64,000 nt of DNA from Fibrobacterota bacterium (GTDB lineage: Bacteria > Fibrobacterota > Fibrobacteria > UBA11236). A program made the translations under genes and the position numbers. Below, piece after piece: positions 18,933 to 28,615 of the stretch. Positions within the stretch are counted from its first letter, which is position 1, and each line of letters begins with the position of its first letter. The notes below the pieces were generated by a model. The model worked only from the letters and a program-made list of their open reading frames with translations. It had not been told where the DNA came from and searched no databases. The stretch covers positions 80,082 through 144,081 of the forward strand of contig JAEKLQ010000021.1 of the NCBI GenBank assembly GCA_019509785.1, written 5' to 3'.

Positions 18933-20332
18933 CGGGCCTTCCCTTCGCGCGCGAAGAGGAGCTTCCCGAAATGGATCCTCTTCCCGCCCTTATCGATCGC
19001 CACTTCGAACTTTCCGCCTCGGGCCGGTTTTACCGAGATGAATTCCTGGAGGATGCGGGGTCGGTCCCCGGAGGCCGCATCGTCGTTCCGATTGCAGTCG
19101 CGTCCGCAACCGTTGCAATCCCCGTACTCGTCGGATTCGTAATACAATCCGAACAGCCTCAGTTTAAGGCCGCCGGCATCGGCGCGCTTGATCTCGTAAT
19201 TGCCAAGGGCGAAATATCGGATACCGTCGTCTTCGCCCTGTACCCCCGAAAGGTAAAAGCTGCCGTCGGCGCGCATCCGCAGGGTGGCCTTCACATCTTC
19301 CGATGCGTCATTTACCTCGCCTTCGGCCAGATAGGAATCGTTCAGGAGCGGGCCGGCTTTGGCCGCGGCGAAGTCGAGCCGATTACGCGCGATCGCTTCC
19401 TTGAGGTTCGCCGTGGGATCGAGCATGAACCAGTCCTTCCCGTCGAAGAACCGGATTTCGCTGAGGACCAAGTCCTGGTAGGATTTCCCCAAGTATGCGT
19501 CCACGACCTCCATCTCCAAGCGCTTGCCTTCGAAGGGCTTGGGCAATTCCACTACTTGCGATCCCAGGATATCCTTGAGGACCGCCACCTCGGAATAGCC
19601 CCCATCGCCCGTGAACCGGACGCGGCGCGGCCTGGAGTTGGACCAGCAATGCTCCGCCGAGCGTTGGTACCCGTTCCAGATGCGCAGCTTCTCGATGCGA
19701 CGCTGCCGATCGAAGGCGAACGTGAGGCGGGCGCCACGGGACTGTTTGTCCGTGGCCCATCCGTATTCGAAGCGGGAGTCGAAGAGGAATACGGGGTCGT
19801 AGGCCGAACGCGGCTCCAGAACGCTGGAAGCCTCCACGCTCCCGCCCGCCAGGACCGGGACCTTGACGGTATAACTGGCCCCCCGGGGATCCTTGAGATC
19901 GATGCCGCATATCCTGAAGCCGGAGTTGGATTCGAAATTGAAGGTCAGCGACCGGACATCGATGCTATCCGTGAATCCGCCCACGGTCAGCGTGTCCCCG
20001 TGTTGCTTGGGATAGATGGCTTCCGGCACTTCCCCGGACAGGTTGGAGTCCACTTGCAATCGCAATTGATCGAAATTGAAGAAAATGGACATGTGCGGAT
20101 CCATTTTGGCTCCGCAGGTATTGATGGATATGCCCTGGACCGGGATGGGCTGGTCGAAGTACAGGTGCAGCTTTACGAAGCGCGCCTTGGGATCGGGCGC
20201 CCAGCTATGCTTGGAGAAAATCGAGAAAGGGAGTTCCTCCCCCAGGGCGTTGGTATAGGCCATGGATAGGAATGCATCGCGGGCGTTGGCGGCGACGGCG
20301 GCCAGCGCCAGGGCGATTGCGAAGGCTTTCAT
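18929..20332 (-). CDS. Hypothetical secreted protein (467 aa), Cys-rich basic C-terminus
   Basis: Signal peptide MKAFAIALALAAVAANA. Balanced amino-acid composition, unlike the antisense 455-aa frame. No confident domain assignment. Confidence 0.55.
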   Translation of the reverse strand: MKAFAIALALAAVAANARDAFLSMAYTNALGEELPFSIFSKHSWAPDPKARFVKLHLYFDQPIPVQGISINTCGAKMDPHMSIFFNFDQLRLQVDSNLSGEVPEAIYPKQHGDTLTVGGFTDSIDVRSLTFNFESNSGFRICGIDLKDPRGASYTVKVPVLAGGSVEASSVLEPRSAYDPVFLFDSRFEYGWATDKQSRGARLTFAFDRQRRIEKLRIWNGYQRSAEHCWSNSRPRRVRFTGDGGYSEVAVLKDILGSQVVELPKPFEGKRLEMEVVDAYLGKSYQDLVLSEIRFFDGKDWFMLDPTANLKEAIARNRLDFAAAKAGPLLNDSYLAEGEVNDASEDVKATLRMRADGSFYLSGVQGEDDGIRYFALGNYEIKRADAGGLKLRLFGLYYESDEYGDCNGCGRDCNRNDDAASGDRPRILQEFISVKPARGGKFEVAIDKGGKRIHFGKLLFAREGKAR

Positions 20333-20345
20333 GCGGGAATCCCTT

Positions 20346-21005
20346 TCATTCCACGATGCGGTAACCGGACTTCACTGCCGCCTTGGGCAAGGCGTCGAAA
20401 TGCCACCATTCCAAGGGGAGTTGGATGAATCCGGCTTTCTCCATGATGCGCCGCAAGAGCTTGCGGTCGGCGACCTGGACCGGAGTCAGGGCGCCGGACT
20501 TCAGGAAGGCGGATTCCAAGCGCGGTTGGGCCAGGTCGGAGAAATCATCGAATGGGCTTCCCATGTCCATGGCCTTCCCGGAAGCGTCGAGCACGCCCAA
20601 ATCGACCGCGAACCCGTAGTTGTGCATCGATCCCGTGGCGGGGTTGGCCACGTATTTCTCGCGGGGGGTCCCTTTGACTTTGTCCCAGAGTCGGTATTGG
20701 ACCGAGCGGGGCCGTAGCGCATCGTAGACGACCAATTTCGCGCCCGGCCGTTCCGCCGCGAGCAAGCGAGCGGCGGAATCCAGTTTCGCGGCCGCGATCC
20801 GATGCAGGAAAGGGATGCGGAAATCGCCGTACAGATCCGCTGCGAGGAAATTGTCCGCGGAAGCGTACTTGAGATCGATGGCCAACGCCGGGTTCGCGCT
20901 GATGTCCACGAATTCGGCGGAGGCTTGCACCTGCCGCAAGGATTCGCCCGGAGTGGCGGCGAAGGCCGCGCGCAAGAGCAGAAAAATCGGGAAGAGGGCG
21001 CGCAT
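20346..21005 (-). CDS. D-alanyl-D-alanine dipeptidase, VanX/DdpX family (peptidase M15D), secreted
   Basis: Motifs SMHNYGFAVDL and LEWWHFD are typical of VanX-type zinc dipeptidases. N-terminal signal peptide. Confidence 0.8.
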   Translation of the reverse strand: MRALFPIFLLLRAAFAATPGESLRQVQASAEFVDISANPALAIDLKYASADNFLAADLYGDFRIPFLHRIAAAKLDSAARLLAAERPGAKLVVYDALRPRSVQYRLWDKVKGTPREKYVANPATGSMHNYGFAVDLGVLDASGKAMDMGSPFDDFSDLAQPRLESAFLKSGALTPVQVADRKLLRRIMEKAGFIQLPLEWWHFDALPKAAVKSGYRIVE

Positions 21006-21059
21006 GCGGTTGATCAGGGAAAAGCGTAGTCGAAAAAATGCGCGCGGCCGGTCATTGAA

Positions 21060-23129
21060 TCAGCGACCACTGACCAATATCTGCCGGGTTTGGACCAGGC
21101 GATCCGTTTTCAACCGCAATAGGCGCAATCCGCTTCCCCCTAGGTTTCCCAGGACCACCTGGTTGGGCCCGGCGGGAAGGAAGGCATCCAACAAGGTCGC
21201 GATTAAACTGCCATGGATGTCGGATAACTCGAGACGGACGCGGGAAGGCCGATCGAGGCGGAATTCCACCTTGTCGCCGGATCGCAGGGGACTGGACGGG
21301 GCCAAGCCGTGGCCAACGGAACGGGGCTTGCCGACGGCGACCGTCGCCCGCATTTCGGAAATGGATCGCTGCCAAACCCCGCTGGTCCCGACCCCTGCGA
21401 AGAGCGTATCGCCAGAGGCCGCCAGGGAATAGATCTCCGACTTGGGGAGGTTGGACTCCACCTCGGTCCAAGAAACCCCGTTGTCCACGGAGAGGTAAAT
21501 GAACCCGGTGCTGGTTGCCATGAACAGGGAGGAACCGTTGGAAGCGAATACATCGAGACTCGTCTCACTGGAAGCGTACCTGAGGATTTCCCAAGTCGAG
21601 CCACCGTCCTGGGAACGGCGTACGACTTCATCTTTCAGCCCCGCGAACAAGGCGCCGCCCTGGGCTAAGAGCTTTTCGAGGCCGGCGTCGGGGTCCCTCC
21701 GAAGCGACCATGTGCGGCCCGAATCGGCGGAACGCAAAATGCCGGATTCGGAGCTTGCGAACATCTGACCGTTGAACTGGGCAAAACCTCCGATGCCGCC
21801 GTTGTAAATGACGCTATCCTTATCGGAGAACGCCAGGCTGGACCAAGAAGCTCCTGAATCGAGCGAGCGAAGGGGGTTCGAGGATGCGGCCATGAAGTAA
21901 TTGCCGATGGAGGCGAAGCTTTCGATTTCGGAACCCGGGGTAAGTCCGGCGGACGAATCCCAGTTTGCCCCCGCATCGGTCGAATGGAAAATGGGGCCTT
22001 CCCAGGATCCGGCCACGAGATGCCGCCCCAGTATTCCCAAGGCGCCGATATTAGTGTGTTTCAATCCATGGATGCCCTGCGTCCATGTCCGCTGGCTCCG
22101 GGAATACCGGTACACGCCGCCGTTGTAGGTTCCCGCGAACAAGTCGTCGCCCCGGACCAGCAGGGCGTGGGCCGAAGCGTTTATCAGACCGCGGTTCGAC
22201 TGGACCCAGGAATCGCCATTGTCCCCGCTCCGGAAAATCCCGGCCGTGGCCGTGCCCGCCAACAGGCTGGATCCGCTCACCGTCATCGCCAGGACCACGG
22301 TGTCGGTCAATCCCGAGATGGTCCGGGTCCAGGTTTTGCCGGTGTCCGCCGATCGGAAGATACCGGAGGAACCGGATGCGAAAAGGTCCGGTCCCCGAGC
22401 CAACAACGCGGTCAACCGATCGTCCTTATGGATCCATTTCCAAGTGCTTCCGCTGTCCTCGGAACTCAGGACTCCCCCATAGGTCCCGGCAAGCACGTAT
22501 TTCCCCATGATCGCGAGCGAAATGATATCGGTGTCGAGGGGAATCCCGGTCTTGAACTGGATCCAGGAATTACCGCTATCGGATGAGCGGAAAACGCCGC
22601 TGTGCTCGGTTCCGGCGAAGACATAGGCCGGACTGGCCGCCAGGCAGGATATATCGGTCGGGATTCCAGCGGCGCGGACCCAGGATCCGCCGTTGTTGGC
22701 GGTACGATTCAAGCCGGCTCCGCCGGTGACCGCGAAAACATAGTCGCCATAGGCGAGGATCTGCTCGACTTCGTAAGAGAACAAGCCCTGGCCGGCGTCT
22801 TTCCAAGTATTGCCGTTGTCGAACGAATGGGCCATCGTGTAGCTGTTATTGGCGAACCAAATCGAGCCTTTGACGCCGATACTGGAAATCTCCAGGGAAC
22901 TCATTCCGTTGTTGGCCGCCACCCAAGAGCCGCCTCCGTCATAGGAGCGGAAGAGGCCGGTCCCCTTGGTGCCCGCAAACACCGTATCGCCCTTGGCGCA
23001 GAGGGCCGTAATCGGCCTTCCGCCACCCGTCGGCCCATCGATGGAAATCCATTGGGCGCGCAAGGCCGTGGCCAAGCAAAGGCCGGCAAGCCCCATCCTG
23101 GATGCAAATCCCGTTCCCCGGCGCATGGC
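21060..23129 (-). CDS. BNR/Asp-box repeat beta-propeller protein (sortilin/Ycf48-like) with FlgD-Ig/T9SS-like C-terminal sorting domain
   Basis: At least 11 Asp-box motifs (S-x-D-x-G-x-[TS]-W: SYDGGGSW, SSDSGNSW, SADTGKTW, STDAGANW...). Signal peptide. C-terminal sorting-domain-like tail. Start set at MRRGTGFASRMGLAGLCLA. Confidence 0.8.
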   Translation of the reverse strand, partial: AMRRGTGFASRMGLAGLCLATALRAQWISIDGPTGGGRPITALCAKGDTVFAGTKGTGLFRSYDGGGSWVAANNGMSSLEISSIGVKGSIWFANNSYTMAHSFDNGNTWKDAGQGLFSYEVEQILAYGDYVFAVTGGAGLNRTANNGGSWVRAAGIPTDISCLAASPAYVFAGTEHSGVFRSSDSGNSWIQFKTGIPLDTDIISLAIMGKYVLAGTYGGVLSSEDSGSTWKWIHKDDRLTALLARGPDLFASGSSGIFRSADTGKTWTRTISGLTDTVVLAMTVSGSSLLAGTATAGIFRSGDNGDSWVQSNRGLINASAHALLVRGDDLFAGTYNGGVYRYSRSQRTWTQGIHGLKHTNIGALGILGRHLVAGSWEGPIFHSTDAGANWDSSAGLTPGSEIESFASIGNYFMAASSNPLRSLDSGASWSSLAFSDKDSVIYNGGIGGFAQFNGQMFASSESGILRSADSGRTWSLRRDPDAGLEKLLAQGGALFAGLKDEVVRRSQDGGSTWEILRYASSETSLDVFASNGSSLFMATSTGFIYLSVDNGVSWTEVESNLPKSEIYSLAASGDTLFAGVGTSGVWQRSISEMRATVAVGKPRSVGHGLAPSSPLRSGDKVEFRLDRPSRVRLELSDIHGSLIATLLDAFLPAGPNQVVLGNLGGSGLRLLRLKTDRLVQTRQILVSGR

Positions 23130-23263
23130 ACCTCGAAAGATAGTTCTCCTGCGTAACAGAAAGCACAGGATCGGATGCAATCCGGCAATCGTGAGCTATT
23201 TTCTTGTTCGCACGAGGTTCCTCGCACGACGCTCGGAGCCAGTGAAGAATAAGGCGATCCCGG

Positions 23264-25285
23264 ATGCGAATAAACCGCAAAGCCCACCTGATTCTCCCGG
23301 CCCTTTTCTTGGCATCCATGCCGGTACTCGGAGGCCAGGATGCCTGGGAATGGCAATTCCCCCGGCCCCAGGGCAACGATCTCAATTCGGTTTTCGTGAC
23401 CGCTCCCGGCAAGGCCGTGGCGGTAGGCAGCGGCGGCGCCATGTTGATCACCTCCGACAAGGGTCAGCATTGGAACCTGCTTCCCTCGCTTGGCCCGGGA
23501 AGCTTGTGGGACGTGCACTTTCCCGTGCCCGATACGGGGTACGCCGTGGGCGATTCGGGATGGATCCTGAAGTCTACCGACGGAGGAAGCCACTGGACGC
23601 CACTGCTTTCGCATAGGATCGAGCATCTGTACTCGGTTCATTTCGCGAATGCCAGGACGGGATATGCCGCCGGCGATGCCGGGGTCATCATCAAGACCAG
23701 CGACGGGGGCCTATCCTGGAAAATGATGGACGGGGGACGCGCCAACTTCCTTTGGAAGGTGTTCGCTTTGGACTCCGCCAACGTTTGGGCCACCGGCAAC
23801 GAAGGCGGGAAGGGGATGATCTTGCACTCGGCGGATGGCGGAGCCACGTGGGCGGCGCAATTGCAGGATACCCTGCTTACCGTGCGCGACATCCATTTCC
23901 GCGACCGCGCATCCGGTTATGCCGTGGGCGATTTCAACGGCTACCTCAAAACTTCCGATGGCGGCGCCCATTGGACCTTGGATGCATCGATATGCCCGTG
24001 GGGGTGCCTTGGAATTGATTTCCCGGAAGCGGATACCGGTTATGCGATGAGATCCGATTCCCCGGTGGTGCACAAAACCGTGGATGGCGGCGTCAATTGG
24101 TCGACCGATACCTTGCCGGGAGCGCGGAACGCCATTCTGCAAGCAATCGGATTCGGAAGCTCCGGCGACGGGTATATCGTGGGCGTTCGCGGGCAAATCT
24201 TGACGGCATCAAGCGCATCCCCGCGAACGTGGCAAAGCACGGAAACCTTGCCGGGCTTGCGGGATCTCGTCATCGCCGCCGCGGGCGTCGCCTACGCCGT
24301 CGGAGATGAGGGTACCATCGTGAAGAGTTCCGATTCCGGGCGAACCTGGCTCAGGCAGGAAAGCGGCACCGATTCGGGACTCAAGGCGATCAGTATGCTG
24401 GACAAGAATACGGGCTATGCCGTGGGGCGGCAAGGGACCCTGCTCCGGACCCGGGACGGGGACCATTGGACGTCTTTGCCGGGACCCGCATTCAATTGGG
24501 AAGGCGTGGCTTTCCCGCAAGCGGATACCGGCTGGGTGGTCGGTTGGTATTTACGCAGCGCCGAGGTGGACGGGGTGATCCGGAAATCCGACGATGGCGG
24601 CCTGACCTGGCAAGACCAAGGCCCGCCTCTTTCGGTGCGGATCGAGTGCGTTCGTTTCCTCAATACGTCGACCGGGTATGCCGGGGGCGAGGGCGGCACC
24701 ATCCTGAAGACCAAGAACGGCGGAGCCTCATGGGTTACCCAGAAGGCCGGATCCGGCCGGATTACGGACCTCTATTTCTTCAATGCCGACACGGGATTCG
24801 CCGTCGAAGAAGCCTCGGCGGTACACGGGACCGTGAATGGAGGCGCGACCTGGACCTCCAAGTACAAAGGTCCTGCCTACCCGACGAACATCGCCTTCGC
24901 GGACCGCAAGATCGGGTTCGCAGGCGGTTACAACGGCTTCATCAAAACCACGGATGGCGGGGAGACCTGGTCCCCCTTTACCCAAGTGTACCCGACATCG
25001 GTCTCCGGTTTGGATTTCCGGGGAATGGCCTGGGGATTAGCGGTGACAAGCCTCGGCGGAATATTGAGGTACATACCGGATCCGGATCTTCCCGTCACGA
25101 AACTTTCCGGGTCCGGACGGAAGGGGTATGGCAGCAGAGGCCGCTCTCCTTTCGGCCCGGGGGAATCCCGCGTCGTGCAGGCAGTCGATCCCCGCGGCAA
25201 GAGGGTCATTCTGAAAATCGGAGGTGCGCCTGCGCATATGACGACCCCAGCCTTCCCGATCCCCCTTCCGGCTGAAAGCCCTTGA
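23264..25285 (+). CDS. BNR/Asp-box repeat beta-propeller protein (Ycf48-like), secreted
   Basis: Signal peptide. 12 Asp-box motifs (TSDKGQHW, STDGGSHW, TSDGGLSW, SADGGATW...). Divergently oriented to the previous gene. Confidence 0.8.
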   Translation: MRINRKAHLILPALFLASMPVLGGQDAWEWQFPRPQGNDLNSVFVTAPGKAVAVGSGGAMLITSDKGQHWNLLPSLGPGSLWDVHFPVPDTGYAVGDSGWILKSTDGGSHWTPLLSHRIEHLYSVHFANARTGYAAGDAGVIIKTSDGGLSWKMMDGGRANFLWKVFALDSANVWATGNEGGKGMILHSADGGATWAAQLQDTLLTVRDIHFRDRASGYAVGDFNGYLKTSDGGAHWTLDASICPWGCLGIDFPEADTGYAMRSDSPVVHKTVDGGVNWSTDTLPGARNAILQAIGFGSSGDGYIVGVRGQILTASSASPRTWQSTETLPGLRDLVIAAAGVAYAVGDEGTIVKSSDSGRTWLRQESGTDSGLKAISMLDKNTGYAVGRQGTLLRTRDGDHWTSLPGPAFNWEGVAFPQADTGWVVGWYLRSAEVDGVIRKSDDGGLTWQDQGPPLSVRIECVRFLNTSTGYAGGEGGTILKTKNGGASWVTQKAGSGRITDLYFFNADTGFAVEEASAVHGTVNGGATWTSKYKGPAYPTNIAFADRKIGFAGGYNGFIKTTDGGETWSPFTQVYPTSVSGLDFRGMAWGLAVTSLGGILRYIPDPDLPVTKLSGSGRKGYGSRGRSPFGPGESRVVQAVDPRGKRVILKIGGAPAHMTTPAFPIPLPAESP

Positions 25286-25354
25286 AGATGGCCCTGCGGG
25301 AAACGCAGGTTCGCCGGATTCGTAAAGCCGCGTTGAACGTTCGGGCGGAACCGG

Positions 25355-27598
25355 CTATGCGCCGGACTTCCGTACCATCACCGGAATGAATTTCGAAGTC
25401 GGCGTATTGCTGCGCTCGGCCACGCTGTCCAAAGGCACCAGCACGTTCGTCTCGGGAAAATAGGCGGCCGCGCAGCCTATCGGTATCTCGTAAGGCTTGG
25501 CCTTGAAACCGGGCGCCATCCGCACCGTCCCGCGGGAATCGGTCCCCACCAGGTCCACCTTCTCCCCTTCCGCCAGGCCGCGCGCGCGCATGTCCGCGGC
25601 ATTCAGGAAGACCACCCGCCGTTCCCCGAACACGCCGCGATAGCGGTCATCCAGGCCGTAAAGAGTGGTGTTGTATTGATCGTGGGAGCGCAAGGTCATG
25701 AGCCGCAACTCGCCTTCGCGGAGCACGATCGGATCCAGGGCCGCCGCGACGAAGCGGGCCTTGCCCCCGGCGTTCTCCCATTCCCGCCGGCCGGCGCTGT
25801 TCCCCAGGTAGAATCCGCCCGGTTGCTTGATCTTGGCGTTGAATTCTTCGAAGCCCGGCACCACTTCCGCGATGCGCTCGCGAATGCGCCCATAATCGCC
25901 GGCCAGGCTTTCCCAAGGCACCTTGGAGGCGGGCAAGGCGGCCCGCGCCAGACCGGCCACGATGGCAACTTCCGAAAGCAGATGAGGCGAGGCGGGCCGC
26001 TTGCGGCCGGTGGAGGCGTGCACCATGCTCATGGAATCCTCCACCGTAACCTGCTGGTTACGTCCTTCGCGCAGATCGATCTCGGATCTCCCCAGGCAAG
26101 GCAGGATATAGGCGTGGCGGCCGGTAACGAGATGGCTGCGATTGAGCTTGGTGCTGACATGAACGGTCAACTCGCAGCCGCGCAGAGCCTGTTCGGTTCG
26201 ATCCCCGTCCGGCGTGGCCGCGGCGAAGTTGCCCCCCATGGCGATGAAGGCCTTGATCTTGCCTTCGGCCATTCCCATGATGGCCTCGACCACGTCGGCG
26301 CCGTGGCCGCGCGGGGGAGCGAATCCGAAGGCTTTCTCCAGGCTGTCCAGGAATTGGGCCGAGGGTTTTTCGGTGATGCCCATGGTGCGATCGCCCTGGA
26401 CGTTGCTATGGCCGCGCACGGGACATGCTCCCGCCCCTTCCTTCCCGAGGTTGCCGCGCAGCATCAGCAGATTCACCAGCATCTGGATGGTGGCTACCGC
26501 CCTCTTATTCTGGGTCAGGCCCATGGCCCAACAAGCGATCACCCGCCCGGAACGGCAATAGAGATCGGCTACCTCTTCGATTTCCACGCGGGGCACGCCG
26601 CTTTCCCGTTCGATGGCTTCCCAGCCCTCGCCCCGGATGTCCGCGGCGAACGTTTCGAATCCCTCGGTATGCGCGCGGATGAAGGCATGATCCAGAACCT
26701 GGCCGGACCGGGCATCTTCGGCCGCGAGCACGGCCTTGCAAAGGCCCTTGAGCAGGGCCAAATCGCCGCCTACCAAGGGCGTCAGGTAATGGGTAGCGAG
26801 ATCGGTGGGAGTGTTGGCCAGCATCGCCATCGCATCCTTGGGATGGATGAAGCGCTGCAATCCGGGCTCGCGCAAGGGATTCACCGCCACGATGGGCGCG
26901 CCGCGGCGGCGCGCCTGTTGCAAGGTGCTCATCATGCGGGGATGGTTGGTGCCCGGGTTCTGGCCGATGATGAAGAGGCAATCCGCGGCGTCGAAATCGG
27001 CCAGGGTCACCGTGCCTTTACCGGTGCCGATGGAATCGCTGAGCGCCACCCCGCTGCTCTCATGGCACATGTTCGAGCAATCGGGCAGATTGTTGGTCCC
27101 GAATTCCCGCGCGAAAAGCTGGTAGAGAAAGGCCGCCTCATTGCTGGTCCGTCCGGAAGTATAGAAGGCCGCCCGATCGGGATGGCCCAAGCCCCGTAGG
27201 ATCCTGCCGATACGGGCGAAAGCGTCTTCCCAGGCGATGGGCCGGTAGCGATCGGAAGCGGCATCGTATTCCATGGGATGGGTCAGCCGGCCTTGCTGCT
27301 CCAGCCAGAAGTCCGATTGCGCGGCCAATTCCTTCACCGTATGCTTCGCGAAGAATTCCGGATCAACACGTTTCGTAGTGGTTTCCGCGGCCACCGCCTT
27401 GAGGCCGTTCTCGCAGAAGTCCAGGCGCGAATGCTCCCCTTCGGGCCAGGCGCAGCCGGGACAATCGAATCCGCCGGGTTGGTTGACCCTGAGCAGGGCG
27501 GCCGTGCCGGAAACCATGGACCGTTCCCGGAGCATGGCCTTGCCGCTGGCGATGAGGGCGCCCAGGCCGCCCGCCACCGGACCCTTGGCGCTTTTCAT
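25355..27598 (-). CDS. FdhF/YdeP-family molybdopterin oxidoreductase (formate-dehydrogenase-alpha-like)
   Basis: N-terminal Cys cluster (CPGCAWPEGEHSRLDFCENG), molybdopterin oxidoreductase blocks. Start at MKSAKGPVAGG in an ATGA overlap with fdhD. Confidence 0.8.
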   Translation of the reverse strand: MKSAKGPVAGGLGALIASGKAMLRERSMVSGTAALLRVNQPGGFDCPGCAWPEGEHSRLDFCENGLKAVAAETTTKRVDPEFFAKHTVKELAAQSDFWLEQQGRLTHPMEYDAASDRYRPIAWEDAFARIGRILRGLGHPDRAAFYTSGRTSNEAAFLYQLFAREFGTNNLPDCSNMCHESSGVALSDSIGTGKGTVTLADFDAADCLFIIGQNPGTNHPRMMSTLQQARRRGAPIVAVNPLREPGLQRFIHPKDAMAMLANTPTDLATHYLTPLVGGDLALLKGLCKAVLAAEDARSGQVLDHAFIRAHTEGFETFAADIRGEGWEAIERESGVPRVEIEEVADLYCRSGRVIACWAMGLTQNKRAVATIQMLVNLLMLRGNLGKEGAGACPVRGHSNVQGDRTMGITEKPSAQFLDSLEKAFGFAPPRGHGADVVEAIMGMAEGKIKAFIAMGGNFAAATPDGDRTEQALRGCELTVHVSTKLNRSHLVTGRHAYILPCLGRSEIDLREGRNQQVTVEDSMSMVHASTGRKRPASPHLLSEVAIVAGLARAALPASKVPWESLAGDYGRIRERIAEVVPGFEEFNAKIKQPGGFYLGNSAGRREWENAGGKARFVAAALDPIVLREGELRLMTLRSHDQYNTTLYGLDDRYRGVFGERRVVFLNAADMRARGLAEGEKVDLVGTDSRGTVRMAPGFKAKPYEIPIGCAAAYFPETNVLVPLDSVAERSNTPTSKFIPVMVRKSGA

Positions 27599-28482
27599 GC
27601 TTCTCCCCGGGTGATCGATGCCGTCAAATCCATAGCCGGGGCATGCGCATGCCCCCGGTCTTCCCAAAAGACCCGCTCGGGATGGCTGTAAACGGTCGCC
27701 TTCCCGCCGCGGCAGAAGGCCAGCAAGGTAATCCCGGCTTCGCGGCATAACTTCACCGCCAAGGTAGAGGGCGCGGAGACCGCCAACAAGAAAGGGATGT
27801 TCGCCTTGGCGGCCTTTGACACGATCTCGTAGGAGACCCTTCCGCTGATGAAAAGCAGACCGGCTTGCTTAAGCGCGCGTTCCCTCAGCAAATGCCCGAT
27901 CGCCTTGTCCACCGCGTTGTGCCGGCCCACGTCCTCGCGCAGGACCAACAGTCCGCCATCGGCCGCGAAGAGGGCGGCCGCATGGCTGCCGCCGGTGCGG
28001 CTGAATAATTCCTGGGCCGAGCGCATGCGGCCTTCCAGAACGGGTATCAGGGCAAGATCCAAACGCGCTTCCGCCCGGTCGCCGCGCAGGGCCTGGACTT
28101 CGAGATCCTCTGCCGACACCTTACCGCATACGCCGCAAGATGCGTTGGAGATCAAGCGGCGCTCGGCCGGTTTCCGATCCTCGCGTGCCGCAGGCTTCCG
28201 CATAATCTCGATGGCATCGGAACATCCTTCGCCGGCGGCCGGGATTTCCTTCGCCGTCTCGACATCATCCCAGGAAACCAATTCGCCTTCCCCATGCAAA
28301 AGCCCGATAGCCAAATCCGTATCCTGCCCCGGGGTCCGCATGGTCATGGAAAAAGCCGCGCCATCGACGAGGATTTGCAACGCGGCTTCCTCGGCCAACG
28401 CGTCATCGACGGTCCGGAAGCGGCCCTCTTGGGCATGCAAAGCCTGCACGGTTCCGGTTCCTGAAGCTGCGACGATATCCAT
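27595..28482 (-). CDS. fdhD: Formate dehydrogenase accessory sulfurtransferase FdhD
   Basis: FdhD blocks NASCGVCGK and VGRHNAVDKAIG. Translationally coupled to the downstream oxidoreductase. Confidence 0.8.
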   Translation of the reverse strand: MDIVAASGTGTVQALHAQEGRFRTVDDALAEEAALQILVDGAAFSMTMRTPGQDTDLAIGLLHGEGELVSWDDVETAKEIPAAGEGCSDAIEIMRKPAAREDRKPAERRLISNASCGVCGKVSAEDLEVQALRGDRAEARLDLALIPVLEGRMRSAQELFSRTGGSHAAALFAADGGLLVLREDVGRHNAVDKAIGHLLRERALKQAGLLFISGRVSYEIVSKAAKANIPFLLAVSAPSTLAVKLCREAGITLLAFCRGGKATVYSHPERVFWEDRGHAHAPAMDLTASITRGEA

Positions 28483-28615
28483 GGAGACCCCCAAGGGAAT
28501 TGAAAAATTAGCAAAACCGGGGCTCGGCATCCCAAGCGGGGAAACGGGACGCCTTGCAGCAGGGCCCGCCATGGACGAACAATGCCCGGCGGTTTAGCTA
28601 CTATCTGAAAGTTAT

